In this document: positions 35,450 to 46,453 of the stretch, piece after piece
Position numbering within the stretch: position 1 is the stretch's first letter
Layout of the letters: each line of letters opens with the position of its first letter
DNA from: an uncultured Bacteroidales bacterium
GTDB taxonomy: Bacteria > Bacteroidota > Bacteroidia > Bacteroidales > Paludibacteraceae
Length of the DNA: 64,000 nucleotides
Assembly (NCBI GenBank): GCA_937891905.1
Contig: CALATT010000051.1
Span: 3,135 to 67,134, forward strand
Reading direction: 5' to 3'
Notes under the pieces: generated by a model
What the model was told of the DNA's origin: nothing
The model's input: the letters and a program-made list of their open reading frames with translations, nothing else
Databases searched by the model: none
Program-made: the position numbers and the translations under genes

Positions 35450-38400
35450 ATGAAAAAGAACATTCTATTGACACTTGTATTGCTTATTGCGGCCATGTGC
35501 GTAATAAGTACTCCCACGCGCGCTAACGATAGATTTGTGGTGAAGCATTACTCCATCAAGGACGGCATGAGTCAAAACACGGTTATGGCTATTTTGCAAG
35601 ATAAACAAGGCTATATGTGGTTTGGCACTTGGGATGGATTGAATCGCTTTGATGGATATAATTTCCAAGTATACAAAGCAATGGACAACGGCAAGCAGGT
35701 GTGCGTGAATAATCGTGTGGATATTATTTACGAAGATGAGTTAGAGCAAATTTGGTGGAGCACCTATGATGGTCATTTCTTCAAGATAGACAAAGCGCGC
35801 AAGTACACTTACGAGCAGCCATATGATAGTCTGCCACAAGGAATGATGCAGAAGATAGCCGAGAAGGAGAAGGATACAAAAGTAGATTCACACGGCGTTA
35901 TTTGGCAGGCAGATGACGAGAATGGTATTATGCGCTACCGCTTTGGTCAATGGAAACGATTTACGCCTACTTTAGATAGCCGCTATGCGGGTATGCTCAG
36001 AAAGCATTTCTTTTTATTAGAAGATAATTTAGGTCGCACATGGGTCAATCCCACGGGTGGTGGATGGAGTTATTACGATAACGAAACCGACGAGTTGATT
36101 TCTCCTATTCATACTATCACTAACATGATTCACACCGCGTATATGGACCGAGACGGACAAATGTGGATTGCCACATACGATGGTGGTGTGGACTGTGTAA
36201 ACATGGAGCCAGCTCCGTATCAAATTCACGACAAGCGTCAGTCGCACAATGGTAATGGCGAGGTGCGTGCTTTTTTAAAGAAGAAAGATGGAGATGTTGT
36301 GCCACTTGTAAAATCCGAGACTAATGTGTACTGTGCTTATGATAGCAAACATGGTGTGCTCTACGGAACCAAGGGTAATGGACTAAAGAATATCTCTACT
36401 GGAATGACAATTGCTACCAATCACCCTGATATATACGATATTGAAGAAGGAGGAGATGGAACGCTATATGTGGCTACTTATGGTGGTGGTGTAAATATTA
36501 TTCGTTGGAATGAATTCAAAAAAGAGTGGAACAAAGCGGAGATAGTGGGTAATGGAATGAAAGTGCGTGATATTGAGATTGTAGACCAAACACTATGGTG
36601 CGGTACCACAACGGGCATTCTGAAGGTAAACTTACAAACCTTAGAAAGCGAGGTGATTCCAAGTTACGATATTCGAGCCATCTATTATAGCCGTGACATG
36701 TTATGGTTAGGCTCGTTTGGTGGCGGACTATTCAAGATTAATCCAAAGAGTGCCAGTCCTACTCTGGAGCATGTGGAAACATTCCACGATATTATTCTAA
36801 GTATGGCGGGTGATGGAAAGAACCTTTGGTTCTCTTCTGAGAGCGACATTGCACAACTCAACTTAGAGACCAATGATTTATATTACTACGACGCTCTAAT
36901 AGGCGAAGAAAACTCTTATTTCACAGAGGCAGAGGCGGTCCGCCTGCCTAATGGTACTATCTTATTCGGTTACTCGAATGGTTACTGTGCTTTTGATCCT
37001 TCTAAGATTCGCCGTTCCACTTATGTTCCTCAGATGTTCATCATTCAATGCGAGGTACAAGACCAAGAGATGAAGGGTGACACAATTGTAGTGCCCGATC
37101 AGAGCAATATTACCATTGAGTACGCAGCAATGGATTATGTTGGGGCTGACAAGATTGTATATACCTACAAGATGGATGGTATTGACACCTCATGGAAGAA
37201 TCCAACGAGTCAACGCCGTGTGGTGTATAATAATCTTCGTCATGGCACTTATATTTTCCATGTACGCTCTACCAATAGAGAGGGTGCAGATGTAGAGAAT
37301 GAAATACAAATGGTGGTTATCGTCGAGAAACCGCTTTGGTTACAATGGTGGGCAATCATACTCTATGTAGTAGCCTTCTTCGGTGTACTAACATTAGCTG
37401 TGTATATATTCTTAACATACCAATCACTGCGCCAAAAGGTACAAGTAGAGCAGCAAGTGACGGATATCAAGTTGCGTTTCTTCACGAATATCAGTCATGA
37501 GTTACGCACGCCACTCACACTTATTGTGGGGCCTATTGAGAATATTCTCCAAACCGAACGCATTAGTCAAAGCGTACGCACTCAATTAGAGATTGTACAA
37601 AGCAATAGTAGGCGCATGCTTCGCATGGTCAACCAACTATTAGAATTCCGCAAGGTACAGAACCAAAAGATGAAGCTCAAAGTGCAGCAAACTCTACTAA
37701 GTGAATTAGTAGAAGACACTTGCGCTAACTTCAAGAAAGAGGCCTACGACAAGCATATTAATTTCACTATTGATAATCGAACGAAGGATTCCACCGTATG
37801 GGTAGACAGAACACGAATGGACACCGTGCTATGGAATATGCTGAGTAATGCGTTTAAGTTCACCGCTGCGGGCAAGAGTATTCGCGTGATTATCGACGAA
37901 AAGCCTGGTTTCCTCATCCTATCGGTAAAAGACGAGGGTATTGGTATTCCTCCCGAGAAGAGGAGTGTACTCTTTGAACGCTTTAGTAGCAATAACGAAC
38001 TCAATAGTCTCAATGCGACAGGCACGGGCATTGGCATGAACCTTACCAAAGAATTGGTTGATTTGCATAATGGCCACATAGAAGTAGAGAGCGAAGTAGG
38101 AAAAGGCACTACCATCACCGTTCTTTTACACACAGGCAAAGAGCATTTTGGTCCAGAAGTAGATTTTATCGCAGACGACCGATCTATCGGTCAAACGGGT
38201 GTAACGGCTTTCGAACAAAAACTAGAAACTTTAGAGCAAGAGATTGTAGAAAATACCCGCACAATTCTCGTAGTGGACGACAACCAAGATATGCGCCAGT
38301 TCCTAACAGGTATCTTATCCAAGGATTACAATGTAGAAATGGCTGAAGACGGAGAGAAGGCAAAGCATATCATCCGCACCAAACAAATTGATTTAATTAT

Positions 38401-39028
38401 CACCGATCTCATGATGCCCAAGGTGGACGGATTAGAATTAACGCAGTATATTAAGAATAACTCTGATTTAAATTATATACCCGTTATTTTGCTCACTGCT
38501 AAAACTGCTATTGAGAGCCGCTTACAAGCGCTGCAAAAAGGTGCTGATGACTATGTGACCAAACCATTTGAGCCAGAGTATCTGCGCGCGAGAGTACATA
38601 ATATCATCGCGCAGCGAAAGCAGTTGGAAAGTAGTTATAGACAGCGACTCTTACGATTAGAGACACAGAAGAATGACAAAGACATTCCAGGAGACACCTT
38701 CCTTGCGAAACTGCTAGATGTAATGGATAAAGAGATGGATAACAACACGCTCACCGTAGATGGATTGGTGGACGAGATGGGAATGGGTAGAACAGTCTTC
38801 TTTAACAAGTTGAAGACCATGACAGGTATGAGTCCAGTAGAGTTCATGCGCGAGATACGCATCAAGAAAGCAGCACAATTATTGGAGGAGAACCAATATA
38901 ATGTAACAGAAGTGACATACATGGTGGGCATGAACGACTCACGCTATTTCTCTAAATGCTTTAAGAATACCTATGGTGTAACACCAAGTGAGTACCGTAA
39001 CGCAATCAAAAAGAAAAAACAAAAATAA
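35450..39028 (+). CDS. Hybrid two-component system sensor kinase/response regulator with AraC-type HTH (HTCS)
   Basis: The signal/TM segment is MKKNILLTLVLLIAAMC. Periplasmic Reg_prop-like repeats are present (YMWFGTWDGLNRFDG) and a TM helix follows. Other domains are HisKA (FTNISHELRTPL), HATPase (GTGIGMNLTKELVDLHNG), REC (ILVVDDNQDMR...DLMMPKVDG) and AraC HTH (RYFSKCFKNTYGVTPSEYR). Confidence 0.9.
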   Translation: MKKNILLTLVLLIAAMCVISTPTRANDRFVVKHYSIKDGMSQNTVMAILQDKQGYMWFGTWDGLNRFDGYNFQVYKAMDNGKQVCVNNRVDIIYEDELEQIWWSTYDGHFFKIDKARKYTYEQPYDSLPQGMMQKIAEKEKDTKVDSHGVIWQADDENGIMRYRFGQWKRFTPTLDSRYAGMLRKHFFLLEDNLGRTWVNPTGGGWSYYDNETDELISPIHTITNMIHTAYMDRDGQMWIATYDGGVDCVNMEPAPYQIHDKRQSHNGNGEVRAFLKKKDGDVVPLVKSETNVYCAYDSKHGVLYGTKGNGLKNISTGMTIATNHPDIYDIEEGGDGTLYVATYGGGVNIIRWNEFKKEWNKAEIVGNGMKVRDIEIVDQTLWCGTTTGILKVNLQTLESEVIPSYDIRAIYYSRDMLWLGSFGGGLFKINPKSASPTLEHVETFHDIILSMAGDGKNLWFSSESDIAQLNLETNDLYYYDALIGEENSYFTEAEAVRLPNGTILFGYSNGYCAFDPSKIRRSTYVPQMFIIQCEVQDQEMKGDTIVVPDQSNITIEYAAMDYVGADKIVYTYKMDGIDTSWKNPTSQRRVVYNNLRHGTYIFHVRSTNREGADVENEIQMVVIVEKPLWLQWWAIILYVVAFFGVLTLAVYIFLTYQSLRQKVQVEQQVTDIKLRFFTNISHELRTPLTLIVGPIENILQTERISQSVRTQLEIVQSNSRRMLRMVNQLLEFRKVQNQKMKLKVQQTLLSELVEDTCANFKKEAYDKHINFTIDNRTKDSTVWVDRTRMDTVLWNMLSNAFKFTAAGKSIRVIIDEKPGFLILSVKDEGIGIPPEKRSVLFERFSSNNELNSLNATGTGIGMNLTKELVDLHNGHIEVESEVGKGTTITVLLHTGKEHFGPEVDFIADDRSIGQTGVTAFEQKLETLEQEIVENTRTILVVDDNQDMRQFLTGILSKDYNVEMAEDGEKAKHIIRTKQIDLIITDLMMPKVDGLELTQYIKNNSDLNYIPVILLTAKTAIESRLQALQKGADDYVTKPFEPEYLRARVHNIIAQRKQLESSYRQRLLRLETQKNDKDIPGDTFLAKLLDVMDKEMDNNTLTVDGLVDEMGMGRTVFFNKLKTMTGMSPVEFMREIRIKKAAQLLEENQYNVTEVTYMVGMNDSRYFSKCFKNTYGVTPSEYRNAIKKKKQK

Positions 39029-39555
39029 TGAGTATTATACGAAAACTATGCTTGTTATTCTCCATCCTCTTGATGGTCGCATGCGGTAAACAGCGCCCCC
39101 AGACTCCAAGTCGATGGTTGGGCAAGGAGATGCAGGTTGATAGCACCCAACTCGCGTTGCTTGAGTTGAATCAAAAAATGGTGGAGGCTGCCGATACCAA
39201 ACTGACGCAAATAGCACAAGCACAAGAAGAACCATATGCCCTCTATGAAGGAAATACATGGATTTATTTCTTGCAAAGAGGAGACATGAACACACCAGCA
39301 CCCAAAGATGGGGACACATTGGTGGTACATATGGCCGTTCATTCAATAGAGAATAACCAATTACTTGTGGATATCTTGCACGAATACCGCGTTGGAAAAA
39401 GCGAACTGCCGCCAGCTATAGACAATAACATTTCCGAGTTTAGGAAAGGTAGTCAAGCGCGCATGCTGGTGCCATGGTACGGAGCATTCGGCATGCAGGG
39501 AACCAAAGAAGTACCACCCTACGAAAATGTAATCATACATATAGAAATAAAATAA
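39028..39555 (+). CDS. Lipoprotein, possibly a degenerate FKBP-like fold
   Basis: The lipobox is LLMVAC. Segments DGDTLVVHMAVHS...FRKGSQARMLVPWYGAFG loosely recall FKBP strands. The start overlaps the HTCS stop (TAATG). Confidence 0.4.
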   Translation: MSIIRKLCLLFSILLMVACGKQRPQTPSRWLGKEMQVDSTQLALLELNQKMVEAADTKLTQIAQAQEEPYALYEGNTWIYFLQRGDMNTPAPKDGDTLVVHMAVHSIENNQLLVDILHEYRVGKSELPPAIDNNISEFRKGSQARMLVPWYGAFGMQGTKEVPPYENVIIHIEIK

Positions 39556-40128
39556 ATGAAAACAAAACTATTATTGCTCGTCTTGGGAATAGGACTTATC
39601 GCTACTAGTTGCGACCAAAACACCTATTCTGGGCAACGAGAGCAGGAAAATAAACTGATCGAAAATTTCTTTAGAAGAAATGGATTTAATATCATTACTG
39701 AGGAACCCAAAGACGATATTTGGGGAGAGAAAGATTACCTCAAGGTGCCTGGTTACGATGATTTCTATTTCCATTTGACCAGTCGTGGCGATTCCATCCG
39801 TATTGATTCCATCAACGGTATAGCAGACACTATAGACTTGATGGTGGTACCTAACGATGTAATTGTATTGCGCTATAAGCGGTTTGAACTGACAGAGAAC
39901 GCTGATACGCTGAGTTACTGGACCACCTTGGACCAAGCCTATCCATTTGAGTTCCATTATGGTAACCTTGCTGAATGCGAAGCAACGGGATGGCATCTTG
40001 CTATCAAACTAATGAAATACCCTAATTCAGAGTGTACTATCATCCAACCAAGTAAAATGGGTTTCGCTGCCGAAGGTGTCAGTGTCACCCCATATGGCTA
40101 TATAATGAAATTTAAAGTAAAACAGTGA
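39556..40128 (+). CDS. Lipoprotein of unknown function
   Basis: The lipobox is GLIATSC. There is no catalytic motif I recognise. It starts immediately after the previous stop. Confidence 0.4.
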   Translation: MKTKLLLLVLGIGLIATSCDQNTYSGQREQENKLIENFFRRNGFNIITEEPKDDIWGEKDYLKVPGYDDFYFHLTSRGDSIRIDSINGIADTIDLMVVPNDVIVLRYKRFELTENADTLSYWTTLDQAYPFEFHYGNLAECEATGWHLAIKLMKYPNSECTIIQPSKMGFAAEGVSVTPYGYIMKFKVKQ

Positions 40129-40129
40129 T

Positions 40130-41503
40130 ATGAGTTTAGTAAAGAGTATTTCAGGTATTCGCGGAACGATTGGCGGATATGTAGGGGAAGGACTCAACCC
40201 TGTAGATATAACGCGTTTCACCGCTGCTTATGCCACCCAGCGACCAGCGGCGATACCCAATAATAAGACAATTGTTGTGGGGCGTGACGCTCGACTGAGT
40301 GGACCCATGGTAGAGCATATCGTATGCGGCACATTAATGGGAATGGGATATAATGTAGTCAATATAGGACTCGCCACCACTCCTACCACCGAGTTGGCTG
40401 TTATAGGCGAAAAAGCAGCTGGAGGAATTATCCTCACCGCCAGTCATAACCCAAAGCAATGGAATGCACTCAAGTTGCTCAACGAGAAGGGCGAGTTCCT
40501 CAACGACCAAGAAGGAAAAGAAGTGCTCGCTATCGCAGAGAATGAGTCTTTTGTCTTTGCCGAAGTGGACCAATTGGGACAGATGACACATAAGGATTAT
40601 CTGCCTTACCATGTAAATGAAGTGCTCCAATTACCACTCGTGGATGTGGAAGCCATCAAAAAGCGCAATTTCATAGTGGCCATCGACTGCGTTAATTCTG
40701 TGGGCGGACTTGCTATACCAGCGATGCTCAAAGCACTCGGTGTGACAAACATCATCGAACTCTATTGCGAACCCAATGGTCAGTTCCCACACAACCCCGA
40801 ACCACTGCCTCAACACCTCACCGAAATAAGCGAGTTGCTCAAGCAAGGCAAAGCGGATCTTGGTTTTGTAGTAGACCCTGATGTGGACCGACTCGCTATT
40901 ATCTGCGAAGACGGATCGATGTTCGGCGAAGAATACACACTCGTCAGCATAGCGGACTACATCCTGGCCCACACACCTGGTAATACAGTGAGTAACATGT
41001 CTTCATCGCGCGCACTGAGTGATATAACACGCAAGCATGGTGGTGAATACACGGCAAGCGCTGTGGGTGAAGTAAATGTAGTGGCTCAAATGAAGAAAGT
41101 GAATGCTATCATCGGCGGTGAAGGAAATGGCGGAGTAATCTATCCAGCTTGCCATAGCGGTCGCGACGCTCTCGTGGGAGTAGCACTCTTCCTTAGCCAT
41201 ATGGCAAAAATGGACATGACCGTGAGTGCATATAGACAAACACTGCCTGAGTATTACATTAGCAAGAACCGTATTGACCTCACACCCGACACAGATATAG
41301 ACGCTATTCTCGCGCGCGTAAAAGATATATATAAGGAGGAACGCGTCAATGACATCGATGGTGTAAAGATTGATTTTGCAGAAGGATGGGTACATCTACG
41401 CAAGAGCAATACCGAACCTATCATTCGCGTCTATTCAGAGGCAGCTACGATGGACAAAGCTAATGCTTTGGCACAACAAGTGATGGCTATAATAAACGAA
41501 TAA
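40130..41503 (+). CDS. glmM: Phosphoglucosamine mutase (alpha-D-phosphohexomutase family)
   Basis: The active-site Ser loop is ILTASHNPKQWNALK and the metal loop is GFVVDPDVDR. GGEGNGG is also present. The length is 457 aa. Confidence 0.85.
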   Translation: MSLVKSISGIRGTIGGYVGEGLNPVDITRFTAAYATQRPAAIPNNKTIVVGRDARLSGPMVEHIVCGTLMGMGYNVVNIGLATTPTTELAVIGEKAAGGIILTASHNPKQWNALKLLNEKGEFLNDQEGKEVLAIAENESFVFAEVDQLGQMTHKDYLPYHVNEVLQLPLVDVEAIKKRNFIVAIDCVNSVGGLAIPAMLKALGVTNIIELYCEPNGQFPHNPEPLPQHLTEISELLKQGKADLGFVVDPDVDRLAIICEDGSMFGEEYTLVSIADYILAHTPGNTVSNMSSSRALSDITRKHGGEYTASAVGEVNVVAQMKKVNAIIGGEGNGGVIYPACHSGRDALVGVALFLSHMAKMDMTVSAYRQTLPEYYISKNRIDLTPDTDIDAILARVKDIYKEERVNDIDGVKIDFAEGWVHLRKSNTEPIIRVYSEAATMDKANALAQQVMAIINE

Positions 41504-41515
41504 TCTCATTAAGAT

Positions 41516-42259
41516 ATGAATATTGTAGTAGTAAATGATGATGGTTGGGGCGTAGCAGGTATACGCTTATTAGCCCGTGAGATGACTAAACTTGGGCATG
41601 TAACTGTCATTGCTCCCGATGGACCACGCAGCGGATTTGCTGCTAAGATATCCGTAGCAGATCCTATCTATGTGAAGCGTATAGAAGAGCACGACTTGAA
41701 CGGAGCAGAAGTATATACCACCAATGGAACACCCGCTGATTGTGTCAAAATAGCACGAGAAGTGATTATGCGTGATAAGAAGATTGATTTACTTGTATCA
41801 GGCATCAACCACGGTATTAATGCAAGTGTGAATGTCATCTATTCGGGTACGATGGGGGCATGTCTTGTGGCAGCGGAGAAAGGTATCCCTGCAATTGGAT
41901 GGTCGATTAATAGCCATAAATTGGATGTAGATTTGCATTGGTTGCAACCCATGATAGTGGAGGTGACCAAGCACCTCTTAGAAGAAGGATTTGCACCACA
42001 GATGTGCTATAATGTGAATGCACCCGTGGGCGAGATAGAAGGCATTCGTTGGACACGACAATGCGCAGGGCATTGGCAAAATGAATTAGTACCTATCGAG
42101 GGAGAACTGCCACAAGGAGTGGAGAGCGGATGGAAATTAGCGGGTGAGTTCATTAATGATGAACCCGATGAGCAAGATACAGATATATGGGCGGTGGAGC
42201 ATCAACTGCTCGCCATTACTCCAACCATGATTGACTTAACGGAGTATGGAGCGCTTTGA
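41516..42259 (+). CDS. surE: 5'/3'-nucleotidase SurE
   Basis: It has the N-terminal VVNDDGWGVAGIRLL, SGINHGINAS and YSGTMGA. Confidence 0.9.
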   Translation: MNIVVVNDDGWGVAGIRLLAREMTKLGHVTVIAPDGPRSGFAAKISVADPIYVKRIEEHDLNGAEVYTTNGTPADCVKIAREVIMRDKKIDLLVSGINHGINASVNVIYSGTMGACLVAAEKGIPAIGWSINSHKLDVDLHWLQPMIVEVTKHLLEEGFAPQMCYNVNAPVGEIEGIRWTRQCAGHWQNELVPIEGELPQGVESGWKLAGEFINDEPDEQDTDIWAVEHQLLAITPTMIDLTEYGAL

Positions 42260-42524
42260 CAAATATAGTATTGGAATACTGGTAGGACTACTGCTACCTG
42301 CTATCTTTGGGTTAACCTATATAGAAGTGATGAATCTATGGTACCCATTACAGACGCTGCAATTTCAGGCAGGCGGTGTATTAAGCAAACTGCTGCTTGT
42401 TTGCGTTTTTCCTGATTTAGCGCTTATTTTTGTATTTTACACCTTAGATACTTGGAGGTTGAGCAAAGGACTACTTATAGGTGCGTTACCCTATGTAATC
42501 GCCTCTATTTATGTATCGATGTGA
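42246..42524 (+). CDS. Small hydrophobic membrane protein (3 predicted TM helices)
   Basis: It is 92 aa long and overlaps the surE stop by 14 nt. The composition is hydrophobic. No motif was recognised. Confidence 0.35.
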   Translation: MERFDKYSIGILVGLLLPAIFGLTYIEVMNLWYPLQTLQFQAGGVLSKLLLVCVFPDLALIFVFYTLDTWRLSKGLLIGALPYVIASIYVSM

Positions 42525-43620
42525 TGATACGCGCGGCGGTATCAGCTGCTGATTGCTCTCCTAATAAAGAATTAATATGCTCGTAGAACGCGAGCATATT
42601 CTTTTTATATGCCTCGTCCGTTAGAATGCGTTCTAATTCTCTTATTATCTTCTCTTCCTTAAAATCATTCGCTACCAATTCGCGAATAACCTCGGTCTGA
42701 GCGAGTATATTAACCAATGTGAAGTAAGGTATAGAAAAAACAAGCGGTTGTGCCCAGCGCAGTAATCCTATTAACGGAGCACATGCCAAATGATAAACCG
42801 CCACTTGTGGGCATCCAAGCAAAGCTGTTTCTAAGGTAGCCGTACCTGAGTTTACTATCGCTGCTCGAGCATGGCGCACTGCATTGTATGTATCGCGTGT
42901 GAGCGTCTCTCTATCTGATAAATAAGGACTATAAAAATCATCGTCCAACCCAGGTGCTGCGCAGACTGTTATATGATAATCCGAGAACTTCCGCGCGGCG
43001 GATAGCATTGTAGGCAAACAATGATTCACCTCGCTTGCGCGCGAACCTGGCAGTATTGCTATCGTTGGTCGGGTGTCTCCGTCAGTTATCTCCGCATGTT
43101 GTGCTTTGTATGCGGCTATCTGTTCGGCTGTGGGATTACCCACATATGTACATGTATAGCCGTACTGCGCATAAAAAGAGGTCTCGAAGGGGAAGATACC
43201 TAATACCTCGTCGCATAAGCGCGCAATGCGATGGATACGGCGACGCTTCCACGCCCATACTTTGGGAGGAATATAATAGACGATTTTAGTGTTCGGCAAA
43301 TGCTTGCGGCAGAAAGCTGCTATGCGAAGATTAAAGGATGGGTAATCCACCAAGATGAGCACATCTGGGCGCTCAGTTAGCAATGCTTGACGAGCTATTT
43401 GGAAATTACGGCGGACCTTGCCCATATTGCGCAAGACCGCCGCAAACCCCATAAAAGCCATTTGGCTATAGTCCTGATAGAGACGACATCCAGCCTTCTG
43501 CATTTTCTCGCCACCCAAGCCAGCAAACCGACTATCGCCGTCCAATCGCTGGAGGTGGGTAATCAGTTGTGCTGCATGAGTATCACCAGACGCTTCGCCT
43601 GCTATCAGAAAATAGTTCAT
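42505..43620 (-). CDS. lpxB: Lipid-A-disaccharide synthase
   Basis: It has the N-terminal YFLIAGEASGDTHAA, DYPSFNLR and YYIPPKVWAWKRRR. The length is 371 aa. Confidence 0.9.
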   Translation of the reverse strand: MNYFLIAGEASGDTHAAQLITHLQRLDGDSRFAGLGGEKMQKAGCRLYQDYSQMAFMGFAAVLRNMGKVRRNFQIARQALLTERPDVLILVDYPSFNLRIAAFCRKHLPNTKIVYYIPPKVWAWKRRRIHRIARLCDEVLGIFPFETSFYAQYGYTCTYVGNPTAEQIAAYKAQHAEITDGDTRPTIAILPGSRASEVNHCLPTMLSAARKFSDYHITVCAAPGLDDDFYSPYLSDRETLTRDTYNAVRHARAAIVNSGTATLETALLGCPQVAVYHLACAPLIGLLRWAQPLVFSIPYFTLVNILAQTEVIRELVANDFKEEKIIRELERILTDEAYKKNMLAFYEHINSLLGEQSAADTAARIITSIHK

Positions 43621-43628
43621 GTTGTTTA

Positions 43629-46433
43629 TTAGTTCTCTGGAAACATTACCACCTCGAACATATTATTAGCATCCACTAATTGCTTGAGTGTGCTTTGCAC
43701 GCTTTGCGCTGTGATATTTTCCACAGCTGCTTTATAATCGCGGATATTATTTTGTCCGTATAGGTAGTACATGTATAATGCGGTACGCCAGTAGGAGTTT
43801 TTCTCGAGGTCCTCTTGGTAATCCTTGAGCATTGACTCTTTCTCCTTTTGCAAATCGCTTGACAATGGTCCATTCGCTATGATGGTCTGTACTTCTTCAT
43901 GAATAATTTCCATGAGTCGTGCTTGTTTCTTTGGATCAGTGTCGAATTGCATGAGCAGTGTTGCTCTTGGTTTTGGCAGTATAGTCATTTGACCTGCCAC
44001 ACCTACGCCGTACGAACCGCCTTCGCGCTCGCGGATAGACTCCAAATAGCGTGTACTGAGTATACGACCTATCATCTCCATATTGAGGTCATTAGCGAGT
44101 GTGTATGGCATGTCGTAGGAGGTGTATTGGATACGATTAGAAGCGGTAGTAGTCTCCATCTCACGGCTAAAATAGTTCTTCTGTTGCCCCTCTACACTGC
44201 GCATACCATGGTCTATCACTTCCTCGTGACAGTTCTTCTTCGTTTTCAATCCGCCCAACCATTGACAAATGAGCGCTTGCACTTGTGGGTCATTGGGATT
44301 GATATTTCCCACAAATGTGAATGTGAAGTCAGCAGGGTTTGCAAAGCGTGACTGATAAATGGCTAATGCTTTATCTAGATTTACTTGCTTCAGCGTCTCT
44401 GTATTGAAGATGATTGTACGCTCAGAATGGTTGGTATTCATCATCTGAATGGAGTCTGAGAAGATGTTTTTAGGATTCTTATCTCTATTGAGTAATTGGT
44501 TTTGCAATAATCCCATGAGTGTCTCATATGCTTTCTCGTCACGGCGTGGTGCGGTGAAATAGAGGTAAGTGAGTTGGAGCATTGTTTCTAAATCTTTTAC
44601 GCTAGACGAACCGCTCAAACTTTCTGTATTCGCGTTGATAGCAGGAGAGACAGAAACAGTCTTACCCGTAAGGGCTTTCTCTAATTGTGTCATAGAGAAA
44701 TCTCCTAATCCAGAGAACTCAACGATGGCCGTTGCTAACTGTGCAGAAGGAAGGTCTGAAGTAGTTACTTGGGTCATTCCGCCTTTGGAGAAAGCTTGCA
44801 TGAGTATCTCATCAGCCTTAAACTCTGTGGGGTGGAAGATAACCTTAATACCATTATTAAGCACCCACTCTGTGGTAGCAATCTCGTCATTGCGTGTTAC
44901 TGTTTTGATTTTGCCTTTGCGTGGTGCTTTCTTCACCAATTGGCTATCGAATACTTCCTCTTTAGGTGCTTCGATAGTGAGTTGCGCTTGCGCGCTGAGC
45001 GCAGCGAGTATTTGTTGCTCAGAAGGCAGTTTAACACTCTCTTTCTCTGGTGCTGAGATAGCTACGGTAGGATTAGCATGGATCAGTTGTGCTGCCAACT
45101 GATTGATAGTCTCCACCTTGATGAGCGGCAAGGTAGCTTGCACAAACTCATACTCCCATTGTGCGCCCGGCATAGACTCGCCATTCTCGAAATGACGGAT
45201 ACACTCTTGTGCCAAGCGTATATTCTTGCGTGTATTTCGCTCGTTAAAGTATTTCTCCATCGCATTGAGTTGCTCGCTCTTGACGCGCTCCAACTCAGCA
45301 TTGGTAAATCCATATTGGCGCATTTTCTCTACTTGATACACCAAGTCATTAAATGCATCAATCTCTTTACCTTCCTTAGGCAGATAAACGGCATTGAAAG
45401 CATCCATCAGTTTAGCTGCTTCTCCGTAGTAACAACCTGCGTCAGTGAAGGACGCATTAGGGTCGAGCGCCAACTCGGTCATACGATTATTAAACATATC
45501 GCATATGAGTTCGATAAGCAGGGACTGAGTGTAGGAGATGGCTGTATTCTGCATAGCGGCAGGTAGTTGGTCGTGCTTGTACTCGAGCGTGATACGGCTA
45601 CCTTGCGCTTCTTTGTCTGTCACAATAGCCACGAGAGGTGTTGTGTTATGATTAACAGTATAGAGAGGTCTCTCGCCGTAGTTAGCACGCTTAGGTACAT
45701 TCGCCCACAGTGCTTTTATCTTCGCCTCAATAGCATCCACATCAATATCACCCACCACGATGATGGCTTGGTTGTCTGGACCATACCATTTGGTGTAGTA
45801 GTCGCGTAATGCTTGGTATTCAAAATTGAGAATGACAGCAGTATCACCTATCACATCGCGCTTGGCATACTGCGTACCTGGATACATCTTCGCATTCAAT
45901 TCGCGCCACATACGGCGTTGTGCCGTGCGACCCGTACGCCATTCCTCAAGGATGACACCACGCTCTGCGTCTATCTCGTCTTCCAAAAGGAGCAAACCAC
46001 AACTCCAGTCATGCATCACGAGCAAAGCAGAGTCGATGATTCCCTCGCGATAGGTAGGCACATCCGAAAGACGATAGACTGTCTCGTCAATAGATGTATA
46101 GGCATTGATATTTCCGCCGAAGTTAACGCCAATAGATTCGAAATAGTTGATGATACCTTTGCCTGGGAAATGCTCTGTACCATTGAAAGCCATGTGCTCG
46201 AGGAAGTGCGCCAAACCATTTTGGTTGTCCTCTTCAAGGATAGCTCCTACGGCTTGTGCAATATGAAACTCGCAACGCTGCTTAGGTTGCTCATTATGAC
46301 GGATATAATAGGTTAATCCGTTCTCTAACTTACCATAACGAACCTCTGGGTCGATAGGTAGTTTTTCCACTTCCTGTGCCACGACTAATCCTACAGAAAC
46401 AAGTAGTATTAGTGATAAAAAGAACTTTTTCAT
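43629..46433 (-). CDS. M16-family zinc metallopeptidase (PqqL-like, tandem M16 modules), secreted
   Basis: It has a signal peptide and the inverted zinc motif HFLEHMAFNGT (HxxEH). At 934 aa it has two pitrilysin-like halves. Confidence 0.85.
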   Translation of the reverse strand: MKKFFLSLILLVSVGLVVAQEVEKLPIDPEVRYGKLENGLTYYIRHNEQPKQRCEFHIAQAVGAILEEDNQNGLAHFLEHMAFNGTEHFPGKGIINYFESIGVNFGGNINAYTSIDETVYRLSDVPTYREGIIDSALLVMHDWSCGLLLLEDEIDAERGVILEEWRTGRTAQRRMWRELNAKMYPGTQYAKRDVIGDTAVILNFEYQALRDYYTKWYGPDNQAIIVVGDIDVDAIEAKIKALWANVPKRANYGERPLYTVNHNTTPLVAIVTDKEAQGSRITLEYKHDQLPAAMQNTAISYTQSLLIELICDMFNNRMTELALDPNASFTDAGCYYGEAAKLMDAFNAVYLPKEGKEIDAFNDLVYQVEKMRQYGFTNAELERVKSEQLNAMEKYFNERNTRKNIRLAQECIRHFENGESMPGAQWEYEFVQATLPLIKVETINQLAAQLIHANPTVAISAPEKESVKLPSEQQILAALSAQAQLTIEAPKEEVFDSQLVKKAPRKGKIKTVTRNDEIATTEWVLNNGIKVIFHPTEFKADEILMQAFSKGGMTQVTTSDLPSAQLATAIVEFSGLGDFSMTQLEKALTGKTVSVSPAINANTESLSGSSSVKDLETMLQLTYLYFTAPRRDEKAYETLMGLLQNQLLNRDKNPKNIFSDSIQMMNTNHSERTIIFNTETLKQVNLDKALAIYQSRFANPADFTFTFVGNINPNDPQVQALICQWLGGLKTKKNCHEEVIDHGMRSVEGQQKNYFSREMETTTASNRIQYTSYDMPYTLANDLNMEMIGRILSTRYLESIREREGGSYGVGVAGQMTILPKPRATLLMQFDTDPKKQARLMEIIHEEVQTIIANGPLSSDLQKEKESMLKDYQEDLEKNSYWRTALYMYYLYGQNNIRDYKAAVENITAQSVQSTLKQLVDANNMFEVVMFPEN

Positions 46434-46453
46434 AAGTATTGAGTATTGAGTAT

